From Candidatus Microgenomatus sp. (GTDB lineage Bacteria > Patescibacteriota > Microgenomatia > UBA8517), in NCBI GenBank assembly GCA_020724585.1, contig DYGS01000001.1, positions 625,027-672,534 on the forward strand: DNA of 47,508 bases, written 5' to 3'. Below are positions 10,501-17,132 of the stretch, in pieces. The notes beneath the pieces are model-generated. The model was not told the origin of the DNA. It saw only the letters and a program-made list of their open reading frames with translations, and searched no databases. The translations under genes were made by a program, and so were the position numbers. Every line of letters begins with the position of its first letter. Within the stretch, counting starts at the first letter, position 1.

Positions 10501-12205
10501 TAGTATTAGTCCTAGTGTTTCCGCAAGTCCATCTCTTTCACCATCTGTTAGTATTTCACCTTCGGTGTCAGTCAGTCCATCTGTTTCCGCAAGTCCATCA
10601 CTAAGTCCATCGATATCAGCCAGCCCATCATTATCACCATCCGTCTCCATTTCACCAAGTGTATCCGTCTCTCCATCAGTATCAGAATCGCCATCAATAT
10701 CACCAAGTGCCAGTCAATCACCATCTGTTTCACCAAGTGTATCTATATCTCCATCTGTATCTATTTCACCATCAGTTTCTATCAGCCCTTCAGTTTCAGA
10801 ATCTCCATCTATTTCCCCTTCAGTTTCAGCAAGCCCATCTGTATCGCCTTCTGTTTCCGTCAGTCCATCGGTGTCTGTAAGTCCAAGCGTTTCGCCATCT
10901 GTTTCAGTATCCCCATCCGTCAGCCCGTCGGTATCGGTTTCTCCAAGTGCATCTGTCTCCCCATCCGTATCTATTTCACCATCTGTTAGCCCGTCAGTAT
11001 CAGCATCGCCTTCCGTTTCTCCCTCAGTTTCCATATCTCCAAGTGCTTCAGTTAGTCCATCAGTATCAGTTTCACCTTCAATAAGTGCCTCTCCTTCTGT
11101 TAGCCCTTCGGTTTCTGCAAGTCCATCTGTTAGCCCGTCCGTGTCAGTTTCACCATCCGTATCAGAATCACCATCTGTTTCTCCAAGTGTGTCAGTCAGT
11201 CCATCTGTATCTCCTTCTGTTTCAATATCACCAAGCGTAAGTATCAGCCCTTCGGTTAGTCCAAGTGTTAGTGTCAGTCCTTCTGTTTCACCAAGTGTTT
11301 CAATAAGTCCCAGTGCTTCTGTTTCCCCATCAATATCCCCTTCTATATCAACTAGTCCTAGTTTAAGCCCTTCTGTATCAATCTCTCCCTCATCCTCCGT
11401 TTCACCAAGCGAAGTTATCTCACCAAGCGTAAGCGTCTCACCATCAGTTTCGCCTTCGGTTTCAATCTCTCCATCAACTTCACCAAGTGTTTCAATTTCA
11501 CCATCTGTCTCACCATCTGTTTCAATCTCTCCTTCTGCATCCATATCTCCATCGGTTTCCGTAAGCCCGTCTGTGTCGATTAGCCCATCAGTCTCCCCAT
11601 CAGTCTCTGTCTCACCATCTGTTTCAATCTCTCCTTCTGCGTCTATTTCGCCTTCCCAGTCTGTATCCCCCAGTGTTTCAGAAAGTCCTTCTGTTTCACC
11701 GTCAGTTTCTGTTTCCCCTTCTGCTTCTACATCCCCATCTCCGTCACCATCTGAATCGCCATCACAATCACCTTCCATTAGTCCTTCTCAATCGGAATCA
11801 TCATCAGCTTCTCCATCCATTCCGGGTATATCAAGCTCGCCGTCTGCATCAATCTCACCATCTTCTAGCCCCTCAGGTTCTATTTCCCCATCTGTTTCAC
11901 CATCGGGAATAATATATTCGGCAAGTGCCAGCGTTAGTGCATCTAAATCACCATCCATAAGTCCTTCATTATCACCGTCAACTCCGCCGATTCCTATTCT
12001 AATCAGAGAATCAGCTATATTTAACAGGGAATCAACAGCGGGTCAAGGATCAACAGTATCGGGACTGCAAAATATTCCTGCCTGGAATACAGTCGGTAGG
12101 CCAAAAACTGCAAGAGTCGGGACCATCGGATTTAATATTCAAACAAGATCGCTTGAATTTTTTAGTGGTAAAAAGTGGTTCAGATTGCCGATGAGTAGAA
12201 TTTAA
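7565..12205 (+). CDS. giant Ser-Pro-Val hexapeptide-repeat protein (1546 aa), probable surface fibre / glycosylation scaffold
   Basis: Single uninterrupted ORF: globular module (aa 1-211), SPSVSx tract (212-269), second globular module (270-488), 984-aa SPSVSx tract (489-1472), 74-aa C-terminal module. No signal peptide or TM helix seen. Confidence 0.8.
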   Translation: MAISLVGSTSLTATSTATNPSLTFSLNGTEDMVVAFGTGLNAPTDITFNGSTMALAISQNNGINTGGVALFYLLPPNIPGSGDYTVQGTWASSDQNAMLGVVGYAGTKGQAPVDSNSTFITGNTNTTTFTLPLTTSTANSWVIGLAYANGTASTLLNITLGNIRENREATTSETMFSDREISAAESTGVVWTFSSQTAALTFAGMVIEPAISSVSPSVSASPSLSPSVSVSPSVSISPSVSASPSVSPSVSESPSVSPSISASPSISPSEPPPNTPINRSTNSGVQGTNATSHTVNLPATVTSGDLLLVWMSFDGTPVVTWDNTTHGTWTQFVDTNNGSNTLTIYGKVATGSEAGGTLTITTDASEQSVHRSASIYQWQGSIAGGVNYPAATSGTDTNPDSPIATDSWGTTGRRTISIVSIDGTATVSSYPAGYSQNQFFDQSGGGAGCGLGSAAYNDIVGSQNPSSYTIDISSAWIGATISIKGGGGSSTSPSVSVSPSASASPSVSPSVSVSPSVSESPSVSPSVSVSPSVSESPSVSPSVSASPSVSPSASVSPSVSVSPSVSVSPSVSISPSVSPSVSASPSVSPSVSVSPSASVSPSVSVSPSVSVSPSVSESPSISPSVSASPSVSPSVSISPSASVSPSVSVSPSVSASPSVSPSVSASPSVSPSVSVSPSVSVSPSVSESPSVSPSVSESPSVSPSVSVSPSASVSPSVSVSPSVSVSPSVSASPSVSPSVSESPSVSPSVSVSPSVSVSPSVSESPSVSPSVSASPSVSPSVSVSPSASISPSISVSPSVSVSPSVSVSPSVSESPSVSPSISLSPSISPSISVSPSASVSPSVSASPSVSPSVSASPSVSPSVSVSPSVSISPSVSVSPSASVSPSVSVSPSVSVSPSVSESPSVSPSVSASPSVSPSVSVSPSVSVSPSVSESPSVSPSVSASPSISPSVSVSPSASISPSVSVSPSVSISPSVSASPSISPSVSASPSLSPSVSISPSVSVSPSVSASPSLSPSISASPSLSPSVSISPSVSVSPSVSESPSISPSASQSPSVSPSVSISPSVSISPSVSISPSVSESPSISPSVSASPSVSPSVSVSPSVSVSPSVSPSVSVSPSVSPSVSVSPSASVSPSVSISPSVSPSVSASPSVSPSVSISPSASVSPSVSVSPSISASPSVSPSVSASPSVSPSVSVSPSVSESPSVSPSVSVSPSVSPSVSISPSVSISPSVSPSVSVSPSVSPSVSISPSASVSPSISPSISTSPSLSPSVSISPSSSVSPSEVISPSVSVSPSVSPSVSISPSTSPSVSISPSVSPSVSISPSASISPSVSVSPSVSISPSVSPSVSVSPSVSISPSASISPSQSVSPSVSESPSVSPSVSVSPSASTSPSPSPSESPSQSPSISPSQSESSSASPSIPGISSSPSASISPSSSPSGSISPSVSPSGIIYSASASVSASKSPSISPSLSPSTPPIPILIRESAIFNRESTAGQGSTVSGLQNIPAWNTVGRPKTARVGTIGFNIQTRSLEFFSGKKWFRLPMSRI
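8198..8371 (+). repeat. short (SPSVSx)n coding tract, 18-nt period
   Basis: Translates as SSVSPSVSASPSLSPSVSVSPSVSISPSVSASPSVSPSVSESPSVSPSISASPSISPS. Confidence 0.9.
9029..11980 (+). repeat. long (SPSVSx)n coding tract, ~2.95 kb, 18-nt period; x mostly V/A/E/I/P
   Basis: Read directly from the translation. The reverse strand yields (TDGETD)n-type shadow ORFs. Confidence 0.9.
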
Positions 12206-12220
12206 GTATAATTAAGTAAT

Positions 12221-12427
12221 ATGGCCAGAAACCAACCAATTTTAATAGACATAGGCCAAGGCTTATCAATGATGGTCGGGTTTCCAACGATTGCAACTTG
12301 GAAATCAAAAGAGAGGCCCAAAAATGCCAAAAGGGGAACTTTTGGATTCAATACCCAAACGCAAAATTTGGAATATTACGACGGCAAAGATTGGCTTGCT
12401 GCAGGAATGCAGGAAGAAACGGCTTAA
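12221..12427 (+). CDS. small protein that is a stand-alone copy of the C-terminal module of the giant repeat protein
   Basis: 68 aa. TWKSKERPKNAKRGTFGFNTQTQNLEYYDGKDW aligns with AWNTVGRPKTARVGTIGFNIQTRSLEFFSGKKW at the end of 7565..12205. Confidence 0.6.
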   Translation: MARNQPILIDIGQGLSMMVGFPTIATWKSKERPKNAKRGTFGFNTQTQNLEYYDGKDWLAAGMQEETA

Positions 12428-12483
12428 AAAATTGCTACTTGTTTTTTGAAAGGCGTGCAATTATAGTGCATATATAGAAGTTT

Positions 12484-12672
12484 ATGTTTGATTTTTTAAG
12501 AAATATCAGCCCAACCGAATGGATAGTTGTTGGTCTTATAGTCGTGATCCTTTTTGGGGGAAAAATTGCAAAAATGCTTGGAAGAACAAGTGGTGAAACT
12601 TTTAGAGAAATAAAAAACATCAAGAAAAGTTTTAGCGAAGCACTTGACGAAAAGGAGGATGAGAAAAAGTAG
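12484..12672 (+). CDS. tatA: twin-arginine translocase subunit TatA/E (copy 1)
   Basis: 62 aa. N-terminal TM helix followed by [22 protein letters not shown] (the TatA hinge/amphipathic helix pattern). Confidence 0.85.
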   Translation: MFDFLRNISPTEWIVVGLIVVILFGGKIAKMLGRTSGETFREIKNIKKSFSEALDEKEDEKK

Positions 12673-12674
12673 AT

Positions 12675-12827
12675 ATGTTTAGATCAATTGGGACGACAGA
12701 ATGGATTGTTATTGCTGTTATTTTGTTGGTTCTTTTTGGCGGAAAGAAAATCCCCGAATTTTTCAAGGGTCTAGGTGAGTCGATTAGAGAATTTAAGAAA
12801 GCCGCAAAAGACAGTGGAAAAGAGTAA
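12675..12827 (+). CDS. tatA: twin-arginine translocase subunit TatA/E (copy 2, absent from the ORF track because it is under 60 aa)
   Basis: Hand translation from the ATG at 12675: [50 protein letters not shown], stop TAA at 12825..12827. Confidence 0.8.
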   Translation: MFRSIGTTEWIVIAVILLVLFGGKKIPEFFKGLGESIREFKKAAKDSGKE

Positions 12828-13509
12828 GTTTTTTGAGAAATATTCTCCATTTTTAAAAGAAGCCAAAAGGAGACTTTTGTTTGTACTTTATGCCTTTTTA
12901 ATTTCAACCATACTTGGTTTTGTTTTTTATGAAGATATTATCAGATTTTTGGTTAATATTTTAAGCCTTGAAGGCGTCAACATTGTATTCACATCCCCTT
13001 TTCAATTTATAAATTTAGCCATAAGCTGTGGGGTGGCCGTAGGATTAATTACCGTTTTTCCGCTAATTCTTTACCAGCTTCTGATGTTTCTAAAACCCGC
13101 CCTAGCCAAAAAAGAATTTAAAATAATAACAAAATATATCCCTTTTTCAATTATTTTATTTTTAATAGGTTTTGTATTTGGAAGTCTAATTATGAAATGG
13201 CAAATTGAAATATTCTTGAGCCAATCATTAAGTTTAGGTATTGGAAATATATTGGATATTTCAAAATTATTAAGTACTGTACTTTTAACCTCCTCAATTA
13301 TGGGCTTAGGGTTCCAATTCCCGATCGTTTTAATCGTCATAACAAGATTTGGTTTAATTGACAAAACGATCTTACGACAGAAAAGGAAATGGGTTTATCT
13401 AGGGGCATTTTTATTTGCCCTTCTTCTTCCATTGGACTCTGTCTTACTTGATGTGATCTTGGCTCTGCCTTTAATTATCCTATACGAAGTAACTCTTTGG
13501 ATGATATAA
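12775..13509 (+). CDS. tatC: twin-arginine translocase subunit TatC
   Basis: 244-aa multi-[18 protein letters not shown] start region and 6-TM layout are typical of TatC. The listed GTG start overlaps tatA copy 2 by 53 nt; an in-frame GTG at 12814 is an alternative. Confidence 0.85.
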   Translation: MSRLENLRKPQKTVEKSKFFEKYSPFLKEAKRRLLFVLYAFLISTILGFVFYEDIIRFLVNILSLEGVNIVFTSPFQFINLAISCGVAVGLITVFPLILYQLLMFLKPALAKKEFKIITKYIPFSIILFLIGFVFGSLIMKWQIEIFLSQSLSLGIGNILDISKLLSTVLLTSSIMGLGFQFPIVLIVITRFGLIDKTILRQKRKWVYLGAFLFALLLPLDSVLLDVILALPLIILYEVTLWMI

Positions 13510-13513
13510 TATC

Positions 13514-13732
13514 TTAGTCTTTTGAGGTCATCCCCAAAAGCCACAAAACTGCCTCTTTTTTGTATCTTCTATCCCCCCTTGAATTGATTCTAATTGCAGG
13601 GAGCTTTCCCCTTTTCCCCCATCTTTTGATAGTTAAAGGGGAAACACGAAGAACCTCAGAAACCTCTCTAACTGTCAGTAAATCAGGTAAATCTTCAAGT
13701 CTTACTTTTTTCCGTGGCTGTTTTGTATCCAT
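13514..13732 (-). CDS. excisionase/MerR-family helix-turn-helix DNA-binding protein
   Basis: 72 aa. LLTVREVSEVLRVSPLTIKRWGKRGKLPAIRI matches the HTH_17-type pattern. Confidence 0.7.
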   Translation of the reverse strand: MDTKQPRKKVRLEDLPDLLTVREVSEVLRVSPLTIKRWGKRGKLPAIRINSRGDRRYKKEAVLWLLGMTSKD

Positions 13733-13825
13733 ATGTTTTACTTAATATTTTAATTACTTTAATATCTCAGACTATAAATAACCAGTACAAACTTGTCAAC
13801 GGGCAAAAAGTAAAAGCACTCTTGC

Positions 13826-13841
13826 AGGGTGTAACCCTTAA
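13826..13841 (+). repeat. REP-like element, partial copy (AGGGTGTAACCCTTAA) just upstream of the RayT-like gene
   Basis: 16-nt match to the core of 1746..1764, in + orientation. Overlaps the listed ATG at 13841. Confidence 0.65.
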
Positions 13842-14548
13842 TGGTATTGTTAATCATGCCTGCAAAAAACATTGTCAAATTTTATCTCTCAAATGGTATC
13901 TATCATATATACAATCGAGGAGTCGAAAAAAGAATAATTTTTGGAGACGATCAAGATTATAAAGTTTTTTTAAATTATTTAAAAGAGTACTTATCGCCCA
14001 CTCCAGACAAAGAATCACTCAAAAAAGATATTACCTTTAAGGGTGTAACCTTTAAAGGTGTCGCTAAACAGATTTCTAACTACTCAGATCAAATTAGCCT
14101 TCTTGCATTCTGCTTAATGCCAAATCATGTTCATCTTTTAATTAAGCAGAAGGATAAAAATTCAATTAAGAAGTTTACACAATCGCTTTTTACTAGGTAT
14201 TCTATGTATTTTAATAAAAGATATGCAAGAACCGGTTCACTATTCCAAGGAACATACAAAGCAACTAATGTAATAAATAAAGATTATTTGCTAGATATAA
14301 CCCGTTATATTCACAGAAATCCGCTAAAAATTACTAAAAAATTATCTAAAGCCTACTCCTCATACTCCCATTATTTGAACTTATTTAAACTACCATGGCT
14401 TAAAAATGAAGAGGTGATCAATTATTTTAATGTAAGCACTTTTATAAAACATAACAAAATTGATAGTTATAAACATTTTGTTGAAAAATTTAAATATCAA
14501 AACGAAGAGTTAGATTTGGCAAACGACCATGAAGGGTTACACCCTTAA
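13841..14548 (+). CDS. IS200/IS605-type HUH Y1 transposase-like protein, REP-associated (RayT-like)
   Basis: YHIYNRGVEKRIIF, HUH motif in CLMPNHVHLLIKQ, GSLFQGTYKA, catalytic-Tyr region RYIHRNPL. The start may be the ATG at 13856 (MPAKNIV...). The last codons read into the downstream REP copy. Confidence 0.8.
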   Translation: MVLLIMPAKNIVKFYLSNGIYHIYNRGVEKRIIFGDDQDYKVFLNYLKEYLSPTPDKESLKKDITFKGVTFKGVAKQISNYSDQISLLAFCLMPNHVHLLIKQKDKNSIKKFTQSLFTRYSMYFNKRYARTGSLFQGTYKATNVINKDYLLDITRYIHRNPLKITKKLSKAYSSYSHYLNLFKLPWLKNEEVINYFNVSTFIKHNKIDSYKHFVEKFKYQNEELDLANDHEGLHP

Positions 14549-14556
14549 AGGTCAGG
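14532..14556 (-). repeat. REP-like palindromic element, inverted copy downstream of the RayT-like gene
   Basis: The reverse complement equals CCTGACCTTTAAGGGTGTAACCCTT, identical to 1738..1762. Contains the TGA stop of uppS (14552..14554, minus strand). Confidence 0.8.
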
Positions 14557-15784
14557 CTATGCGTTCCTTCAGCGCATTGTAGTATTTTTCTAAATAATCC
14601 TCTGCGCTTCGCCAATCTCCTTTATTTCTTGCAATATTGGCCAAAACTCGAAGGTGTGCAGCTTTTGCAGCTTGGAAAAGACTAATTCTATAGACTTCTG
14701 CCAAATGCTCTTTTTCTAAGTCTTCATCCTCACCTTTCTTTTTTCTCATTTCAACTTCTAAAGACGCCACAATTTCAGGTTCAAATGCAAGTTTCAGTTC
14801 AGATTTCAATAATTTGTAAAATTTCTTTAAAGAATTCTTTGCTTTTTCAAATTTGTTTTTATCCTGATAGCGTATGGCATAAAGCATGTAGCCGGCTGCT
14901 TCTTTTGCAAGTTCTTTTGAAAGTCCAAACTGCTTTCTCAAATGTTCTACCGCATACTGCATAATACTTACCCCATATGGCAAGTTATCAAGGCGCCACC
15001 ACTTGAGTTCCAAACTTGCAACTAATTTTGGATCAAAAGTAAAGTGCTCCATAGCATCATTCCCCCCAAATCTTCTTCTCCTTCTTGAAAAATCAAGTAT
15101 TGCATCTTTTAAATGCTCTGGAGAAAAATCCGGCAGATGAACATCGCTAAAGAGGTATTCCGCATAGACCATTTGCCATGGTAATAATCCCGATGTTCTT
15201 TGTTCTCCTGATGTTCTAATAAAAAGATCTGGGTTTGGATAAGGTTGGCCATAAGTATCTAAAAATATTTCAAATTTCTTTTCATCTAAGTCTTGTGGTT
15301 TAATTCCTGATTCAATTGCTTTTTGACAAGCCCTAACTATTTCACTTCTTCCACCATAATCAACAGCTAAGTTGTATATATGATTGTTTTTGTATTTTGC
15401 AGTTTCTGATTCAATTTTGATTAACATTTTTCTGATATCTTCAGGAAGTCTATCTTTACGACCAAGATGAACTAATGCTACTTTATCTTTATGGAATTCA
15501 TTTTCTTTTTCTTTCAATGCTTTACGGAATAAACTCATAATTGCGTCAATTTCTTCATTTGGTCTATCCCAATTTTCTGTAGAAAATGCAAAAACAGTAA
15601 AAGTATGTATTCCAAGTGTTCTAACTGCCCGAGCTAATTTTTCAACTGCCAAATAGCCATTGTAATGCCCTTCCCATGGCTTTAAACCTTTTGACCTGGC
15701 CCATCTCCTATTCCCATCCAAGATCATAGCTATATGATTTGGAATTACAGTGCCTTTTGGAAGTTTGATAGTAGTTTCAGACAT
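14552..15784 (-). CDS. uppS: undecaprenyl-diphosphate synthase (cis-prenyltransferase) with ~169-aa C-terminal extension
   Basis: HIAMILDGNRRWA, FSTENW, IRTSGEQRTSGLLPWQ, DFSRRRRRFGG define the UppS core (aa 1-241). Residues 242-410 are extra helical sequence. Confidence 0.85.
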   Translation of the reverse strand: MSETTIKLPKGTVIPNHIAMILDGNRRWARSKGLKPWEGHYNGYLAVEKLARAVRTLGIHTFTVFAFSTENWDRPNEEIDAIMSLFRKALKEKENEFHKDKVALVHLGRKDRLPEDIRKMLIKIESETAKYKNNHIYNLAVDYGGRSEIVRACQKAIESGIKPQDLDEKKFEIFLDTYGQPYPNPDLFIRTSGEQRTSGLLPWQMVYAEYLFSDVHLPDFSPEHLKDAILDFSRRRRRFGGNDAMEHFTFDPKLVASLELKWWRLDNLPYGVSIMQYAVEHLRKQFGLSKELAKEAAGYMLYAIRYQDKNKFEKAKNSLKKFYKLLKSELKLAFEPEIVASLEVEMRKKKGEDEDLEKEHLAEVYRISLFQAAKAAHLRVLANIARNKGDWRSAEDYLEKYYNALKERIA

Positions 15785-15794
15785 GTGGAAATTA

Positions 15795-16496
15795 TTATAT
15801 CACTAAATCAATTTGTCGATTGACCAAACCTTCAATTTCCAATAATAATTTAGCTTTCGCCCAGTCTTTTTGAGAATCTGTTAAAACTTCACCAAGGCCA
15901 TCTAGAATATTTTTAGGATCAATCTTTTTTACATTCTCAAGCAAAAATAAGTAAAAATCTTTTGGATTCCTACCTGTTCTTGCCTTAATAATTTCATAAT
16001 TTATATCACCTGCATACTCTGTACCTAAAAAATAATGAATATCAAACAAATCTCTATTTGCAAGTGTCGGTCTTTCAGTAAACGCCACCATTTTATGTGC
16101 AATGACATCTTTGATATCTAATACTTTTACATTTGTACCGTAAAAATTTTTAATATCATAATGATTTAGGCTCATGTCCCTAGTTGAAACTTCTATTTTT
16201 ATATTATGTTCTCCCTTTTGATAACTAACTAGCCAAAAAAGTGTATTGTGTTTAGTGCTTTGATCTTTTATTTCATATTTTCCACTAAGTAGATCTGTCA
16301 TTTTTTCAATTATAAGATTAATTTCATTGTTTCCGCCAATATAGTCAAAGTCCAAATCAACACTAAAACGAGGCAGGTTATAAAAAAGTAAGGCCGCAGT
16401 ACCACCCTTAAACCCTAAACTTTTTGAGAGTAAATCATCTTTGTAAATATCGATTAAGATATTTGTTAGATTTAGCTTGTGTTTTGTAATATCCAT
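15795..16496 (-). CDS. abiEii: AbiEii-type nucleotidyltransferase toxin (pair 2)
   Basis: LGFKGGTAALLFYNLPRFSVDLDFD and RDLFDIHYFL motifs. Overlaps its AbiEi partner. Confidence 0.85.
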   Translation of the reverse strand: MDITKHKLNLTNILIDIYKDDLLSKSLGFKGGTAALLFYNLPRFSVDLDFDYIGGNNEINLIIEKMTDLLSGKYEIKDQSTKHNTLFWLVSYQKGEHNIKIEVSTRDMSLNHYDIKNFYGTNVKVLDIKDVIAHKMVAFTERPTLANRDLFDIHYFLGTEYAGDINYEIIKARTGRNPKDFYLFLLENVKKIDPKNILDGLGEVLTDSQKDWAKAKLLLEIEGLVNRQIDLVI

Positions 16497-17047
16497 TTTG
16501 ATATATCTTTGTTGTTTGAATAAACTTGCTTATTTAATTTGTCTAATTTGTCAAAATTTACACCTCTTAAATTGTCAAAATATTCAGGGCCACCTAAATA
16601 AATCTTATCACAAATAGCCCTTTCAACACTTGCCTTATAAACTCCATCAACACTTTCAATTCCTAATGGGTTTAAAAGTATTTCATCTTTAATTTTTTTA
16701 TATATTATATTTTTTCCATTAATTAATTTAGTTTCAGACCTTTTAGAGATAACATAAATAGATTCATATGGCTGAAAAACAACACCCTTTTCGAATAAAA
16801 CCGTGTATAGACTAATATATGATGGTATTCGAAATTTATTAGCAAATTCTTGTATTGAATAACTTTTGTCTAGTGCATATAAACCCTTTGAAATCCGTAT
16901 TAAATCACCGTTTTTAACCAAGTATTTAAGTGCAGAATTTAATTTGTTACCAGAATATTTAGAGTTAACAGATAGAAGATCCCTCAAACTAAAAACTGTT
17001 TGACCAGATTTTGAAAATTGATATAGGTCTTTAATGAAGCTCATCAC
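16472..17047 (-). CDS. abiEi: AbiEi-like antitoxin (pair 2)
   Basis: 191 aa. LIRISKGLYAL, PSYISLYTVL and ERAICDKIYL resemble the other AbiEi-like genes. Starts GTG 17047 / ATG 17044. Confidence 0.75.
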   Translation of the reverse strand: MMSFIKDLYQFSKSGQTVFSLRDLLSVNSKYSGNKLNSALKYLVKNGDLIRISKGLYALDKSYSIQEFANKFRIPSYISLYTVLFEKGVVFQPYESIYVISKRSETKLINGKNIIYKKIKDEILLNPLGIESVDGVYKASVERAICDKIYLGGPEYFDNLRGVNFDKLDKLNKQVYSNNKDISKWILQNTS

Positions 17048-17052
17048 CTGTA

Positions 17053-17081
17053 AGTGTAAATTATTTACACTCCCATGTCAA
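17053..17081 (-). promoter_or_regulatory. promoter plus operator-like palindrome of AbiE pair 2
   Basis: Minus strand reads TTGACA (17081..17076), 17 nt, TACACT (17058..17053). Perfect inverted repeat AGTGTAAA-TTA-TTTACACT (17053..17071) covers the spacer and -10. The start codon is only ~6-9 nt away (near-leaderless). Confidence 0.6.
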
Positions 17082-17096
17082 GAGGGGGAAACCAAC

Positions 17097-17125
17097 TTGA
17101 CAACAAAGAATATTCTTTGTAAGCT
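17097..17125 (+). promoter_or_regulatory. promoter plus operator-like palindrome of AbiE pair 3
   Basis: TTGACA (17097..17102), 17 nt, TAAGCT (17120..17125). 17103..17120 is the perfect 18-nt palindrome ACAAAGAATATTCTTTGT. The ATG at 17133 is 7 nt after the -10. Confidence 0.6.
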
Positions 17126-17132
17126 AAAGGTA

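Noticed and set aside
8149-11778. Long minus-strand ORFs (8149..8394, 8965..10650, 10714..11778) encoding acidic (TDGETD/GLTE)n repeats, plus several + strand out-of-frame ORFs
   Set aside because: They are frame shadows of the (SPSVSx)n repeat. Only the + strand frame is continuous for 1546 codons and joins non-repetitive N- and C-terminal modules, and it is co-oriented and contiguous with the flanking genes.
1-12427. Prophage or phage-derived tail-fibre locus (glycosyltransferases plus giant fibre with a tail-fibre-like C-terminal motif)
   Set aside because: No capsid, portal, terminase, tail tube, integrase or lysis genes are visible in or next to the region. The fibre-end motif resemblance is only from memory. 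It is kept as a note in the findings, not as a call.
13714-13962. Listed 82-aa + strand ORF spanning the HTH/RayT intergenic region
   Set aside because: It runs across the promoter region and REP element and overlaps the better-supported RayT-like frame. It has no motif.
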